Below are positions 1-9,635 of a stretch of DNA of 42,575 nt, piece by piece. Each line of letters starts with the position of its first letter. Position 1 is the first letter of the stretch. Position numbers and translations under genes: made by a program. The notes below the pieces were generated by a model that did not search any database, had not been told where the DNA came from, and saw only the letters and a list, made by a program, of their open reading frames with translations. The stretch is from sequence record DRR378314_2505. One strand, written 5' to 3'.

Positions 1-3
1 CTT

Positions 4-42
4 TCGCGGGCGAGGCCCGCTCCCACAGGGCCCGCTCCCGAC
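4..42 (-). repeat. REP-like palindrome plus partial second copy
   Basis: Minus strand GTGGGAGCGGGCCTCGCCCGCGA (26..4) matches the GTGG-tetranucleotide REP layout; GGCCCGCTCCC recurs at 29-39; lies just after the racemase stop. Confidence 0.6.
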
Positions 43-43
43 G

Positions 44-1084
44 TTAGGCGTGACCGTCGCTGAGGATGTGGTGCAGGCCGTCGCAGTCGACCATGGGATC
101 CTCGCAGTTGACCATGGTTCTGGAGTGCGCCAGCACGTAGCTTTTGCCGGTGATGGTGTTTTCCACCACGTCGTGGTCTTCCTCGCGGCGGGTGTCGATG
201 AATTCGCCGATAAAGCCGGAGCCGCGCAGGGAGACGGTTTCCAGGCGGTCGCCGGGTTTGATCCTGCCTTCGTGATGCATCAGCGCCAGCCGCGCCGAGG
301 TGCCGGTGCCGGTGGTGCTGCGGCAGATCACGCCGGGGTGCACATAGGTGGCCGAGCGAGAGCGGTGGAAGTGATCGCTGACCTGCTCCACCGGACCCAT
401 GAAGTGCAGGAACGGCAGCGGCCCCACGTCGCCCAGGGTGTAATGGGAGAAGCCGCGTTCCGCCTGGATCGCCTCGACAATGGCGCGGGCGCAGCGGGCC
501 AGCTCCGCCTCTTCGTCCAGGGTCAGATGAAAGCCCAGCTCGGTCGCATCCACCAGGGCGTAAAAGCCACCGCTGTAGGCCACGCTGTAGGTGACGTTGC
601 CCAGCGACGGCACATGGATGGTGGCGCGGTAGGTGTCGATATAGCTGGGCAGGCCGCCGCAGGTGATCGATTCCACCACGCCGTCGTGGACCTGGGCCTC
701 GATGTGCACCAGCCCCGCCGGCGATTCCATCATAAAGCTTTGCCGGCCCTCTTCCTTGGGTACCAGACCGCTTTCCAGCACCGCGGTGGCGGTGCAAATG
801 GTGTTGGAGCCGGAGTAGATCGCGTAGCCCATCACTTCCATGATGATGTAGCCGACGCTGGCGTCCGGGTGGGACGGCGGCACGATCAGATCCACCGACA
901 TTTCCGGAATGCCGTAGGGCTCTTCCAGTAAAAGCTGGCGCAGGCCGTCCGCGTCGTCGCGCAGATACTCCATTTGCTGGCGCACGGTGTCACCGGGCAG
1001 CGGGTCGATGCCGCCGAGGACGATGCGGCTGACATCGCCACCGGCGTGGGTATCCATGAGATTCAGGCTTAACTCCTGGCGCAT
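44..1084 (-). CDS. Proline racemase family protein, Ser/Thr type (possible hydroxyproline dehydratase)
   Basis: DTHAGGD N-terminus; YSGSNTIC and CRSTTGTG at the two catalytic motifs; start at MRQELS, overlapping the upstream stop (TGATG). Confidence 0.85.
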   Translation of the reverse strand: MRQELSLNLMDTHAGGDVSRIVLGGIDPLPGDTVRQQMEYLRDDADGLRQLLLEEPYGIPEMSVDLIVPPSHPDASVGYIIMEVMGYAIYSGSNTICTATAVLESGLVPKEEGRQSFMMESPAGLVHIEAQVHDGVVESITCGGLPSYIDTYRATIHVPSLGNVTYSVAYSGGFYALVDATELGFHLTLDEEAELARCARAIVEAIQAERGFSHYTLGDVGPLPFLHFMGPVEQVSDHFHRSRSATYVHPGVICRSTTGTGTSARLALMHHEGRIKPGDRLETVSLRGSGFIGEFIDTRREEDHDVVENTITGKSYVLAHSRTMVNCEDPMVDCDGLHHILSDGHA

Positions 1085-2259
1085 CAGGTTGTCTCCTTTA
1101 ACGCGAAGGGTTCGCCGAAGTCCGCCCACTGGCTGTCGGGGACAATGACGATCTTGCCGAGGAAGTTGTTGCCCCGGCTGACGAAGTAGTCTTCCGCGCG
1201 ATGCAGCTCGGACAGTTTGAAGGCGGCGTGCAGCACCGGCTTGAGCTCGCCGGAGCGGATCCAGCCAATCAGCTGTTCCGCTTCTTCGCGGGTGCCGTGG
1301 GACACACCGAACACCCGCACCTGATAGAGGTAGATGCGCGTCCACATGATCTCGCTCAGGTTGCCGCCGCTGGCGCCGGCGATGCTCAGACGCGGGTAGC
1401 TGTTGCGCGCCTTCATGTCGAAAATCATGGCGTCGATAAAACGGTCGGTCATGTCGCCGCCGACCAGATCCATCACCGCGTCCAGGGGCGCGCCCCCGGT
1501 CAGCTCGCGCACCCGGTCGGTGAAGCCGTCCATATCGGAGCGGTCGAACACCGCTTCCGCGCCCAGTTCACGCAGGGCGTCCGCCTTGTCCGGTGTGCTC
1601 AATGCGTAGGGAATCGCGCCCATTACCCGGCAAAGCTGGATCAGCGCCGTGCCGACGCCACCGCTGGCGCCGGTGATCAGCACCCGCTCCCCGGCGAGCA
1701 CATTGGCGGCGGTGAGCATGTGAAAGGCGGTCTGGTAGGAGCACATCCCCATGGCCGCCAGTTCTGCGTCGGCCAGATCCGGCTTGTCCACGGTGTGGAA
1801 CTGATCCGAGGGCACCGCCACGTACTCGGCAAAGCCGCCGTCGGCACCGTGGCCGTAGTAGTCCGGCGTCAGGTTGATATCTCGGCGGTCGTCCGGGTAG
1901 AGGTTGAAGTCCAGCAGGCCGCGCTCGCCGATGCGCGCCGGGTCCACGCCGTCGCCCACCGCGGCGACCCGCCCGGCCACGTCGGCGCCCTGAATACGGG
2001 GGAAGGTGAGCGTGGCCGAACCGCCCATCTGAAAGGACGCCACCTCATCCTTGTCCTTGGTGGGATACAAGCCCTCGCGGGCCTTGCGGTCGGTGTTGTT
2101 CTTCGCGGTGGCGGTGACGCGCACCAGCACCTGGCCCGGCGCGGGCCGCGGCACGGTCACGTCGTCCCGGTAGACCAGCTTGTCCACGCCGCCGTGGCCG
2201 GTGAGTACCATGGCCTTCATGGTGCCAGGGACAGCCTGCGATTGATGATCGTCGTCCAT
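1084..2259 (-). CDS. MDR-family (zinc-binding-type) alcohol dehydrogenase/quinone oxidoreductase
   Basis: MKAMVLTGHGG, FPRIQGAD, GASGGVG Rossmann motif, GKIVIV C-terminus; AAGGAG RBS. Confidence 0.9.
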   Translation of the reverse strand: MDDDHQSQAVPGTMKAMVLTGHGGVDKLVYRDDVTVPRPAPGQVLVRVTATAKNNTDRKAREGLYPTKDKDEVASFQMGGSATLTFPRIQGADVAGRVAAVGDGVDPARIGERGLLDFNLYPDDRRDINLTPDYYGHGADGGFAEYVAVPSDQFHTVDKPDLADAELAAMGMCSYQTAFHMLTAANVLAGERVLITGASGGVGTALIQLCRVMGAIPYALSTPDKADALRELGAEAVFDRSDMDGFTDRVRELTGGAPLDAVMDLVGGDMTDRFIDAMIFDMKARNSYPRLSIAGASGGNLSEIMWTRIYLYQVRVFGVSHGTREEAEQLIGWIRSGELKPVLHAAFKLSELHRAEDYFVSRGNNFLGKIVIVPDSQWADFGEPFALKETT

Positions 2260-2426
2260 GGCCTGTCTCCTTGTGTTGCTTACTCATAACCCTGCGTGGC
2301 GATGGACAGAGGGATTTAAAGGCCCCCCACCAACAATCGGTGACGGTTTAGCCCATATGGGGTATGTGCCCATTAAGCAAACGCCCTAGGCTCGATCGAA
2401 CCTGATTGGACATCGGAAGGGCAACC

Positions 2427-4421
2427 ATGAAGAAAGCAGCGTTATTCCTCATTGCGTGCGTGGCATCGGCCACGATTCTGGCGGGGTGTGGGGGCGGTTC
2501 CTCCTCATCCAGCGACGATACCGGCGGCGCCACCTCGCGCACCATCAGCGGCACCGCCACGGCACCGGCCGGCGCCGTGGCCTTTCACGAGGCCCCAAGC
2601 GTCTTCGAACTGGCCCTGAACGCGCTGATCCCGTCGGCGCACGCGGCCATCACCGGTCTTGATCCGGTCGGCGGCGCGACCGTCGAGCTACTGAGGGTGG
2701 ATAACGCCGGCAACCCGGTGGGTGAGGTGCTGGCTGAAACCGTCACCTCGATCACCGGCGACTACCGTCTGACGCTCCCCGAAGGCGTGAACCTGGCGGG
2801 CGATCTGATCGTGAGGATTACCGGCACCGGCACCGAGATGCGGGCCCAGGTGGTGGATCAGGCGGTGAACATCAACCCGGTATCGGAATTCGTGCTGCGT
2901 AAGTTCATCGAGGAAGGCACCGATCTGGACCAGTTGGTGGTCACGGACGTGGTCACCCTGAGCGGCAAAGTGGATACCTTTGATCTCACCGCCGGCAACG
3001 ACCTCAGTGACATGCTCGCCAAACTGGACCAGGAAGTGGGCGAGTTCGTCGAGCAGCAGGTAGCGGTCATCAAAGAGCAACCCGGCGACGTGGACAGCGT
3101 GACCGGCGATTACCGAAGCGCGGCCTTCAGCCTCGGCCTGCATGACAGCGACAATAACAATTTCGGCACCTTCGCCAACGATATGTGGCGCAGCCAGTTC
3201 AACTTCGCCAACGGCGGCGGCGACACCGTGGCGATCACCCTGGAAGGCGAAGAAAGTGCCTACTCGAACTTTTCCGGCATGAGCGTGGCCACCGGATCGA
3301 TCTACTACGAAACAGACATCGACACCGAATCCGAAAACCTCTCGGGCACACTTACCGACTCCGGCATCCTGTCCATCGAGGGCGCGTTCGAAGAAGAAAT
3401 CAACGGCGACAATGCGTTCCGCTATCCGTCGGTGATCTACAACCTGCAACAGGTCAAGAACAAAGGTCTGTTCTTCCTGTTGTCCCAGGAAGCGGCGGTA
3501 CGCTACGGCACCACCGACACCAACGGCGACGAAGAACCGGACGCGCTCGACCCCAATGACCGCCGTGGCGATGAGGTATTCCGCGCCCTGGAAGTGTTCG
3601 CCCGCTCACCGTCCGGGATGAGCGATTCGGATCTCAGCGGCGCCTTCGGCCGCGTGTTCCTGGAAACCTACGCGCAAACCGGTGTGATCGAACTGCAGAC
3701 CGAGGTCAACGTGGTCACCTTCAATGGCGACGGCACCTTCGATTACGGCGACGCCACCGGCCACCGGGTAGGGCTGGAAAGCAACGGCAGCACCTACCAG
3801 GCGCTGAACGAAATTGGCACTAACGGCGAGCCCATCGACGTCGGCGCCGACGGCGACATCATTTCCGCCGGCACCGACGACGGCCAGCCCGTGCCCGCCG
3901 ATGGCTTTGTCAACGACACTTTCGATTTCATCGCCTTCGCGGAAACGGAAAACAACGAGAACGTTTGGGCCCAGTTCAACAAAACCCTGATGGTGAAGCT
4001 GCCTGAAAGCGCCCCCGACGTGGCCGGAAAAAAATACCGATTGATGCTGCTGTCCGCTGCCCTTGAAGGGGTCGGCAACGGCACCAGCGACATCGAGATG
4101 ATCAACAGCCAGTTCAACAGCTACGTGACCCTGAGCAGCAATACCGCCGGCACCCTGGCCGGGGACTTCACGGAAGTCCATAAAACCGGCCTCGGCGGTG
4201 ATCTCTCCGTGGACAGCGATACGGCAAGCGCCGCCCTTAACGTCACTGTCGCCGCCAACGGCGCCACCACCCTGACCCTCGCCGATCAGGACGGCAGCAA
4301 TATCATGGAAGGCTTTTTCAACCAGGACGCCAGCCTGGGCGTATTCACCACCCGCTGGGTTCCGCAGGGCGGCGACCCCAACGAGCTGGGCCTGGTGGTG
4401 CTGATCGACGTCACCGAGTAA
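2427..4421 (+). CDS. Large acidic outer-membrane lipoprotein, unknown function
   Basis: MKK signal peptide, lipobox LAGC followed by GGGSSSS linker; D/E/G/T-rich beta-type sequence. Confidence 0.8.
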   Translation: MKKAALFLIACVASATILAGCGGGSSSSSDDTGGATSRTISGTATAPAGAVAFHEAPSVFELALNALIPSAHAAITGLDPVGGATVELLRVDNAGNPVGEVLAETVTSITGDYRLTLPEGVNLAGDLIVRITGTGTEMRAQVVDQAVNINPVSEFVLRKFIEEGTDLDQLVVTDVVTLSGKVDTFDLTAGNDLSDMLAKLDQEVGEFVEQQVAVIKEQPGDVDSVTGDYRSAAFSLGLHDSDNNNFGTFANDMWRSQFNFANGGGDTVAITLEGEESAYSNFSGMSVATGSIYYETDIDTESENLSGTLTDSGILSIEGAFEEEINGDNAFRYPSVIYNLQQVKNKGLFFLLSQEAAVRYGTTDTNGDEEPDALDPNDRRGDEVFRALEVFARSPSGMSDSDLSGAFGRVFLETYAQTGVIELQTEVNVVTFNGDGTFDYGDATGHRVGLESNGSTYQALNEIGTNGEPIDVGADGDIISAGTDDGQPVPADGFVNDTFDFIAFAETENNENVWAQFNKTLMVKLPESAPDVAGKKYRLMLLSAALEGVGNGTSDIEMINSQFNSYVTLSSNTAGTLAGDFTEVHKTGLGGDLSVDSDTASAALNVTVAANGATTLTLADQDGSNIMEGFFNQDASLGVFTTRWVPQGGDPNELGLVVLIDVTE

Positions 4422-4486
4422 CCGCTTCACCCCCGAACGCCGCCAGGCGTACCCCCGCGGCGGGCTTCGGCCTCGCCGCACCCTTT

Positions 4487-4511
4487 GACCCCGGCCCCCC
4501 GGGGTCTTTTT
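4487..4511 (+). terminator. Rho-independent terminator
   Basis: GACCCCGG-CCCC-CCGGGGTC stem-loop followed by TTTTT, downstream of the lipoprotein gene. Confidence 0.75.
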
Positions 4512-4578
4512 CGTTGCGCTCCCGGCGCGCGCTTCCTATGATCCGGACAACCACCTTGCCGAATCCGGGGCCGTCGCC

Positions 4579-6294
4579 TTGCAGGATGAGAATAACGACC
4601 TGATTGGTCGGATCTACGAAACCGCCCTGTCCCCCGGCGACTGGATGGACCTGCTCGACACCATCACCGGCTGGACCGACGACAACCCACCGGGCGACGC
4701 CAACGGCGCGCCCATGGAAGTGGAGCAATTGATCGGGCACCTGGAACGGGCGGTGCGCAGCAGCGCCTATATGCACGCTCTTGAGGACCGCACCCAGATT
4801 CTCAACAGCATGTACAACCAGATGCCCTGGCCCATGCTGATGCTCGACGAGCAAATGCGCGCGCTGGAGTGCAATCCGGCGGCGCGACAGGCACTCACCC
4901 AGGCGCCCATTGAACTGCTGCCGGACGGCACCCTGCGATTCGCTGATCGGGCATTGAAAGAGGGCCTGAAACGGGTTCACAGCCTGGCCGCCGGCCGGCA
5001 TACCCAACTGCTTGCGTCCCAGCGTGACGCGGTGACCTTGCTTTGTCTGCCGGTCAAGAAATCCGACGCACCAGGCAACATCGCCAGAGTCCGCACCATC
5101 GTCTGGGTGCTGGCCGGCCACAGCGTGGTGACGCCATCAGCGGAATCCCTGAAAGCCATTTTTCCGATCACGCACGCGGAATCGCGCCTGCTGCATCTGC
5201 TCTGTAAGATCGGCAACCTCAACCAAAGCGCCGAACTGCTCTCGATCAGCGTGCACACCGCGCGCAGCCAGCTTAAGTCGACCATGGCGAAGCTGGAAGC
5301 CAACAGCCAGGTGCAGTTAGTCAGTCAGGCGATGGGGCACGCTTTGGTGCAGGCGGCCCAGTCCCCGGCGTTGCGCCGAACACCGGAACACACCCTGACC
5401 CTGGCCGATGGCCGCGTGTTGAGCTGGTTCGAATACGGCGACCCCGCCGGGCGAGCGGTGCTCACCCTGGACAACCTGGGCAGCGCCCTGCCCGACCACC
5501 GTCTCTTCGATGAGTGGTACCAGGCGAAGGGCCTGCGCATGATCCTGATCGTGCGCCCCGGCTACGGACTCTCCACCGCCCGGCCGGACATGGAATTCCG
5601 CGACTTCGGCCCGGACATCCGCGCCCTGTGCAACCACTTGGGCCTGCAGCGACCGCCGATGGCGGCGTACTGCGGCGGCGGCCCCTACGCGCTCTGCGCG
5701 GCGGCGCTGCATCCCGATCTCTTCGACCGGCTCGGCCTGCTGGCCAGCACCGTGCCCATTGAGCACTTCGAGTTGGACAAGCTCGACCGCATCCACGCCA
5801 TGTTTCTGCGCATTTTCCGCAAGGACCCGCGCCTGTTTGTACTGGTGGGCCGGCTGGCGTTGCGCGGCGTACGGCGCTCTCCGGAAAAATACCTGGCCCG
5901 CCTGGCCAAATCTCTGTGCGCGGACGATCAAGCGGTGCTCAACGACCCGGACCTGCTGGCGCGCCTGATCGAACGTATGCACGCCAGCCACTTCCAGGGC
6001 GCGCGCATCCTGATCGACGAATACATACGCATGCAACACCCCTGGCTGGTGGACCTGAAGCAGATCAAAGTACCGATCCTGCATTGGCACGGGGAGGACG
6101 ACCGGATCATCTCCATCGGCAGCGCCCGCGGGCTGGCAGGGGATTTGCCCAACGCGCGCTTCCGCAGTTTCCCCGGTCTCGGGCGTTTTATGATTTATAA
6201 AGTCTGGCGGGAATTTCTCACCGAGTTGCTGGAGTTGCCATCCGAACCGGCACCCGGGCCCCAGCGCGTTGCGGCCTCGGCCGGGACGCGCTGA
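4579..6294 (+). CDS. PAS-like / LuxR-HTH / alpha-beta hydrolase fold fusion regulator
   Basis: ITHAESRLL...SVHTARSQLK...SQVQLV LuxR HTH; LADGRVLSWFEYGDPAG, RPGYGLS, HWHGEDD hydrolase motifs; TTG start uncertain. Confidence 0.8.
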   Translation: MQDENNDLIGRIYETALSPGDWMDLLDTITGWTDDNPPGDANGAPMEVEQLIGHLERAVRSSAYMHALEDRTQILNSMYNQMPWPMLMLDEQMRALECNPAARQALTQAPIELLPDGTLRFADRALKEGLKRVHSLAAGRHTQLLASQRDAVTLLCLPVKKSDAPGNIARVRTIVWVLAGHSVVTPSAESLKAIFPITHAESRLLHLLCKIGNLNQSAELLSISVHTARSQLKSTMAKLEANSQVQLVSQAMGHALVQAAQSPALRRTPEHTLTLADGRVLSWFEYGDPAGRAVLTLDNLGSALPDHRLFDEWYQAKGLRMILIVRPGYGLSTARPDMEFRDFGPDIRALCNHLGLQRPPMAAYCGGGPYALCAAALHPDLFDRLGLLASTVPIEHFELDKLDRIHAMFLRIFRKDPRLFVLVGRLALRGVRRSPEKYLARLAKSLCADDQAVLNDPDLLARLIERMHASHFQGARILIDEYIRMQHPWLVDLKQIKVPILHWHGEDDRIISIGSARGLAGDLPNARFRSFPGLGRFMIYKVWREFLTELLELPSEPAPGPQRVAASAGTR

Positions 6295-6317
6295 CTCGGC
6301 CGGCGCCTCTCTCGTGA

Positions 6318-7109
6318 TCAGGCGTCGGAAACGCTGTCCAGGCAATCGCGAAACAACGTATTCAAGCGGCTCAAGTCGCCACCGCCCGGCGCGGCGTTAC
6401 CTGGGTAGCGCGACAGCCGGGACAGTTCTTTTTCAATAAAATCGTTCAGCTCCGCCATCACCGGAACAAATTCCTTTTCCTGGCTGCGCTGCTTTCTCGC
6501 CAGCAGGCGGGTGATCTCTTTATCCACCGTTTCATCGTCAGCCACCAGCGGCCGCAAACGCTCGAATGCAACCGGCGCCGGCGAGCGGTAACGTTCCAGC
6601 CAGCGAATCGCCAACAGGGGACGCAGGACGTAAAAGTATTTCTTCAGCGGCACCAGCTTCGCTTTCAGATAGCCGCGATAGTTCTTGTCCGCCATGCTCC
6701 AATAATGATGCACGCCTTTGTTCACATCGTAGACGTCAGGTAATAGTGCCCTCGCCCGTTCGGCAAAACCGGCCTCGTCGCGATAGACGATAGGGGAATG
6801 CAGCCACTCCACGAACGACGGGTTGGACTGCCAGAATAATTTCAGGGCCTTGCGGATATCCCAGCCGCTGAGATCGATGTGGTCGACAATCTCGCATTCG
6901 ATCACGTCACGGCGCTCTTCCAGATCCAGCGACAGGTACCATTCGCGGGGATGCGCGTAGATAAAGCGCACGTCGTAATCACTGTTCGGTGAGGGAAAAC
7001 CCCAGGCCCGGCTGCCGGACTCCACCGCGAACAGCACACGCACATCGTGCTCTTCTTCGATGGCCCGCAGGCGGCCCTGGATATCCCGCCGAACGTCCTC
7101 GCTGATCAT
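6318..7109 (-). CDS. Pol-beta superfamily nucleotidyltransferase (YcgL/RlaP-like)
   Basis: ESGSRAWGFPSPNSDYDVRFIY, GWDIRKAL and KKYFYVLRPLLA motifs. Confidence 0.85.
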   Translation of the reverse strand: MISEDVRRDIQGRLRAIEEEHDVRVLFAVESGSRAWGFPSPNSDYDVRFIYAHPREWYLSLDLEERRDVIECEIVDHIDLSGWDIRKALKLFWQSNPSFVEWLHSPIVYRDEAGFAERARALLPDVYDVNKGVHHYWSMADKNYRGYLKAKLVPLKKYFYVLRPLLAIRWLERYRSPAPVAFERLRPLVADDETVDKEITRLLARKQRSQEKEFVPVMAELNDFIEKELSRLSRYPGNAAPGGGDLSRLNTLFRDCLDSVSDA

Positions 7110-7123
7110 AAAACCGTCCCTGT

Positions 7124-7882
7124 TCAGGTGCCGCTGTCTTCAAACAACGTATGCATGTGCTCAAGCAACTCGGGGCCGCCGGGCTTGCCGTGGCCGGGGA
7201 TCACGACCCTGGCTTCGGGGTACGTTGCCTGGGCATTACTAATCGCTTGCGGCCAGTAGGCCAGGTCCGCGTCGGCGGTATTGCCCAGGCTATCGGTGGC
7301 CAGTTCGCGCACCGCGCAGCCACCGTAAAGCATCTTTCGGTCGGGCAGCCACACCATGATGTTGTCGCGGGCGTGGCCGCCGCCAGGGTAGAGCACTTCC
7401 AAACTGCCGAAACCGGTGGTGCTGCCCGGGGCTTCAATGCCCTTCAACGCGTTAGCTGGCACCGGATTGCCCTCTTCCGCGCTCAGGCGTTGCGTCATCG
7501 GGTGCGACCAGACCGGGATGCCCGCGGCGTCCAGCACCGCCACGCCGCCGGTGCGGTCGCTGTGAAAATGCGTGGACAGCGCCCGGTCCACCGGCAAACC
7601 GATCTCTTCGTCGATCCAGACCAGCAGCTCTTCGGTGGCCTCGGCGCCCCAGGCGGAATCCAGCAGCACCAGGTGATCGCCTTCGCGCACGATCAACCCG
7701 TTGGAGGGATACAGCACGCCGTCGAAGGTGTTGTAGGAGGTGTGCATCCAGACACCAGGCTCAAGCTGCTCGACGTGGAGCCCCGGGTTCGCCGACGGAG
7801 AATGGCGGTTATGGCTTAGGCAGCCGGCCATCAACAGGGCGGCGATCAACAACCAGGGGGCCAAAAAGGTGTGGTGTTTCAT
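7124..7882 (-). CDS. bla: Subclass B1 metallo-beta-lactamase, VIM-like, predicted lipoprotein
   Basis: All six B1 zinc ligands: HFHSD, GH (ARDN), GGC, PGHG; YPSNGLIVR, AWGA, GNxADADL segments as in VIM; lipobox MAGC. Confidence 0.9.
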   Translation of the reverse strand: MKHHTFLAPWLLIAALLMAGCLSHNRHSPSANPGLHVEQLEPGVWMHTSYNTFDGVLYPSNGLIVREGDHLVLLDSAWGAEATEELLVWIDEEIGLPVDRALSTHFHSDRTGGVAVLDAAGIPVWSHPMTQRLSAEEGNPVPANALKGIEAPGSTTGFGSLEVLYPGGGHARDNIMVWLPDRKMLYGGCAVRELATDSLGNTADADLAYWPQAISNAQATYPEARVVIPGHGKPGGPELLEHMHTLFEDSGT

Positions 7883-8098
7883 GCAAGGGTCCCGCTTCCA
7901 ATGGAAAAGACACCGACATTAACCCTGCATCGAAGTGCGTGCCATGACGGACTCGGCATAACCGCGGGCGAAACATTCGCGGACGGGCTTCGCCGTTAAC
8001 CAGGCGCAGCGGGATTTCACCGGCCACTACCCAAACAGCGCCGGCGAGGCCGGCCAGCGACGGCTTAATCCGGACCGCTGTTTGCACGGCATACCAGG

Positions 8099-9526
8099 CT
8101 AGTCCTGGGCAATGCACAAACGGTCACGGCCGCTCTGTTTGGCCTGATACAGGGCATGGTCAACGCGTTGGAGAATCGATTCCAGGGTATCCCCCGGCTG
8201 CAGCGACGTCAGTCCCGCGCTCACCGTGACGTTGATCGATTCGCCTTCCGACACCGACATCGGCGTCTCCGCGAGACGCCGGCGCAAGCGGTCACCCACC
8301 ACACAGCCGCCGCTGGTATCCGTGTCCGGGAGCACCACGATGAACTCCTCCCCCCCAAGCCGCCCGCACAGATCCACCTCGCGGGTGACGCCGCCCAGCA
8401 GTTCGGAGAAGCCGCGCAGCACATGATCCCCGACCCCGTGGCCCCAGGTGTCATTGATCGCTTTGAAATGGTCCAGATCCAGCGACATCACGGTCAGCGG
8501 CAAATCGGATCGCAACGAATGCGACATTTGCCAGTGCAGCGATTCCATCACTGCGCGCCGATTGGCCAGCCCGGTCAGCTCGTCCGTACGCGCCAGCAGG
8601 CTGAGCTGATCGCGCATGGCATTTTGGTGAATCTCGTAGCCCACCGTGTCCGCCAGCAGCTGCATGAACACCAGATCGTCACGGGAAAAGGGCTCACAGG
8701 CCCGCACCGAGGAAAAATTCACCGTGCCGTACAGCTTGCCGTTCACCTGGATTGGGCTGCCGATATAGGCCTCCAGGCCGAAATCGCGGTAGCACGGATG
8801 GGTGCGGATCTCACTTTCCCCGGCGTGATGAAAGCCCACCGGGCCGCCCGCCTCCAGGGCGTGCACGCAATAGGTACCGCCAAGATCAAAGGTGGTGCCC
8901 GGCGACACACCGCCGGCCGGGTCGTGGCAATGCTCGACCCGGTACACGTCATCCTGGATGCTGGACAGAATCGCCAGTTCCAAGCCAAAGTGCCGCGCTC
9001 CCAGCTCAAGGATAGCGGCTAGCCTGGCGCCATGATCCCGTTCGGTATCGGCGGTGATGGAATGCAACCGTTGCAAGGTATCAACGGATTGCTCCGCGGA
9101 ACGCGCGGGCCGAACCAACGCCAGGTATCCCTGGATTTCACCCGAGGCGCTGGGCAGCCCCCCGGCGGACGTTTGCCCCAGAAACGTGGCGCCGTCGGAA
9201 GAGCGATATAATACCCTGTACGCTGAAAAGACCGGGTCCGCCTGTGGGTTATAACGCTCCTTGCCCAGGTTCAGGAAGTCGGTCGGGTCCGCATACAGAA
9301 TTTCGGTCTTCCGGCCCTGCAAGTCTTGCAGGCTGTACCCGAAGAGCGTCACCGCCGCCGTATTGACATACCGCACCCGGCGCTCACGGTCCGCCACTAC
9401 CACGGCCTCAGGGAGCGAGTCGAACAGGGTCGCCAGCGAGAACAACGACCACTCCGTTAAATCATCGCGGTTCGCGGTTTCGGCGTGGTGCGCCTGATCG
9501 TGGGAATAAGGATCAGTGGGGGGCAT
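8099..9526 (-). CDS. PAS-GAF-GGDEF diguanylate cyclase
   Basis: PAS, GAF (YCVH...HPCY...AYIG), TDELTGLANRR, DLDHFKAINDTWGH, RxxD I-site (REVD), GGEEF. Confidence 0.92.
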   Translation of the reverse strand: MPPTDPYSHDQAHHAETANRDDLTEWSLFSLATLFDSLPEAVVVADRERRVRYVNTAAVTLFGYSLQDLQGRKTEILYADPTDFLNLGKERYNPQADPVFSAYRVLYRSSDGATFLGQTSAGGLPSASGEIQGYLALVRPARSAEQSVDTLQRLHSITADTERDHGARLAAILELGARHFGLELAILSSIQDDVYRVEHCHDPAGGVSPGTTFDLGGTYCVHALEAGGPVGFHHAGESEIRTHPCYRDFGLEAYIGSPIQVNGKLYGTVNFSSVRACEPFSRDDLVFMQLLADTVGYEIHQNAMRDQLSLLARTDELTGLANRRAVMESLHWQMSHSLRSDLPLTVMSLDLDHFKAINDTWGHGVGDHVLRGFSELLGGVTREVDLCGRLGGEEFIVVLPDTDTSGGCVVGDRLRRRLAETPMSVSEGESINVTVSAGLTSLQPGDTLESILQRVDHALYQAKQSGRDRLCIAQD

Positions 9527-9635
9527 GGCCTATCTCATCGTCGGCGTCAAAGACAGCTAGAAGTGTAGAGTAATCACCGTACAACGCCACCCCGTGGGCC
9601 GCCCCCTCCCCTATCGCCCGGACGGGCCGGCGCTG

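Noticed and set aside
1085-1345. N-terminal extension of the 433-aa ORF
   Set aside because: Overlaps the dehydrogenase in another frame; family similarity starts at 1084.
7956-8001. GGTTAAC...GTTATGC hairpin upstream of the MBL as a possible attC
   Set aside because: Only 46 bp, shorter than known attC sites, with no L boxes and no matching site after the gene.
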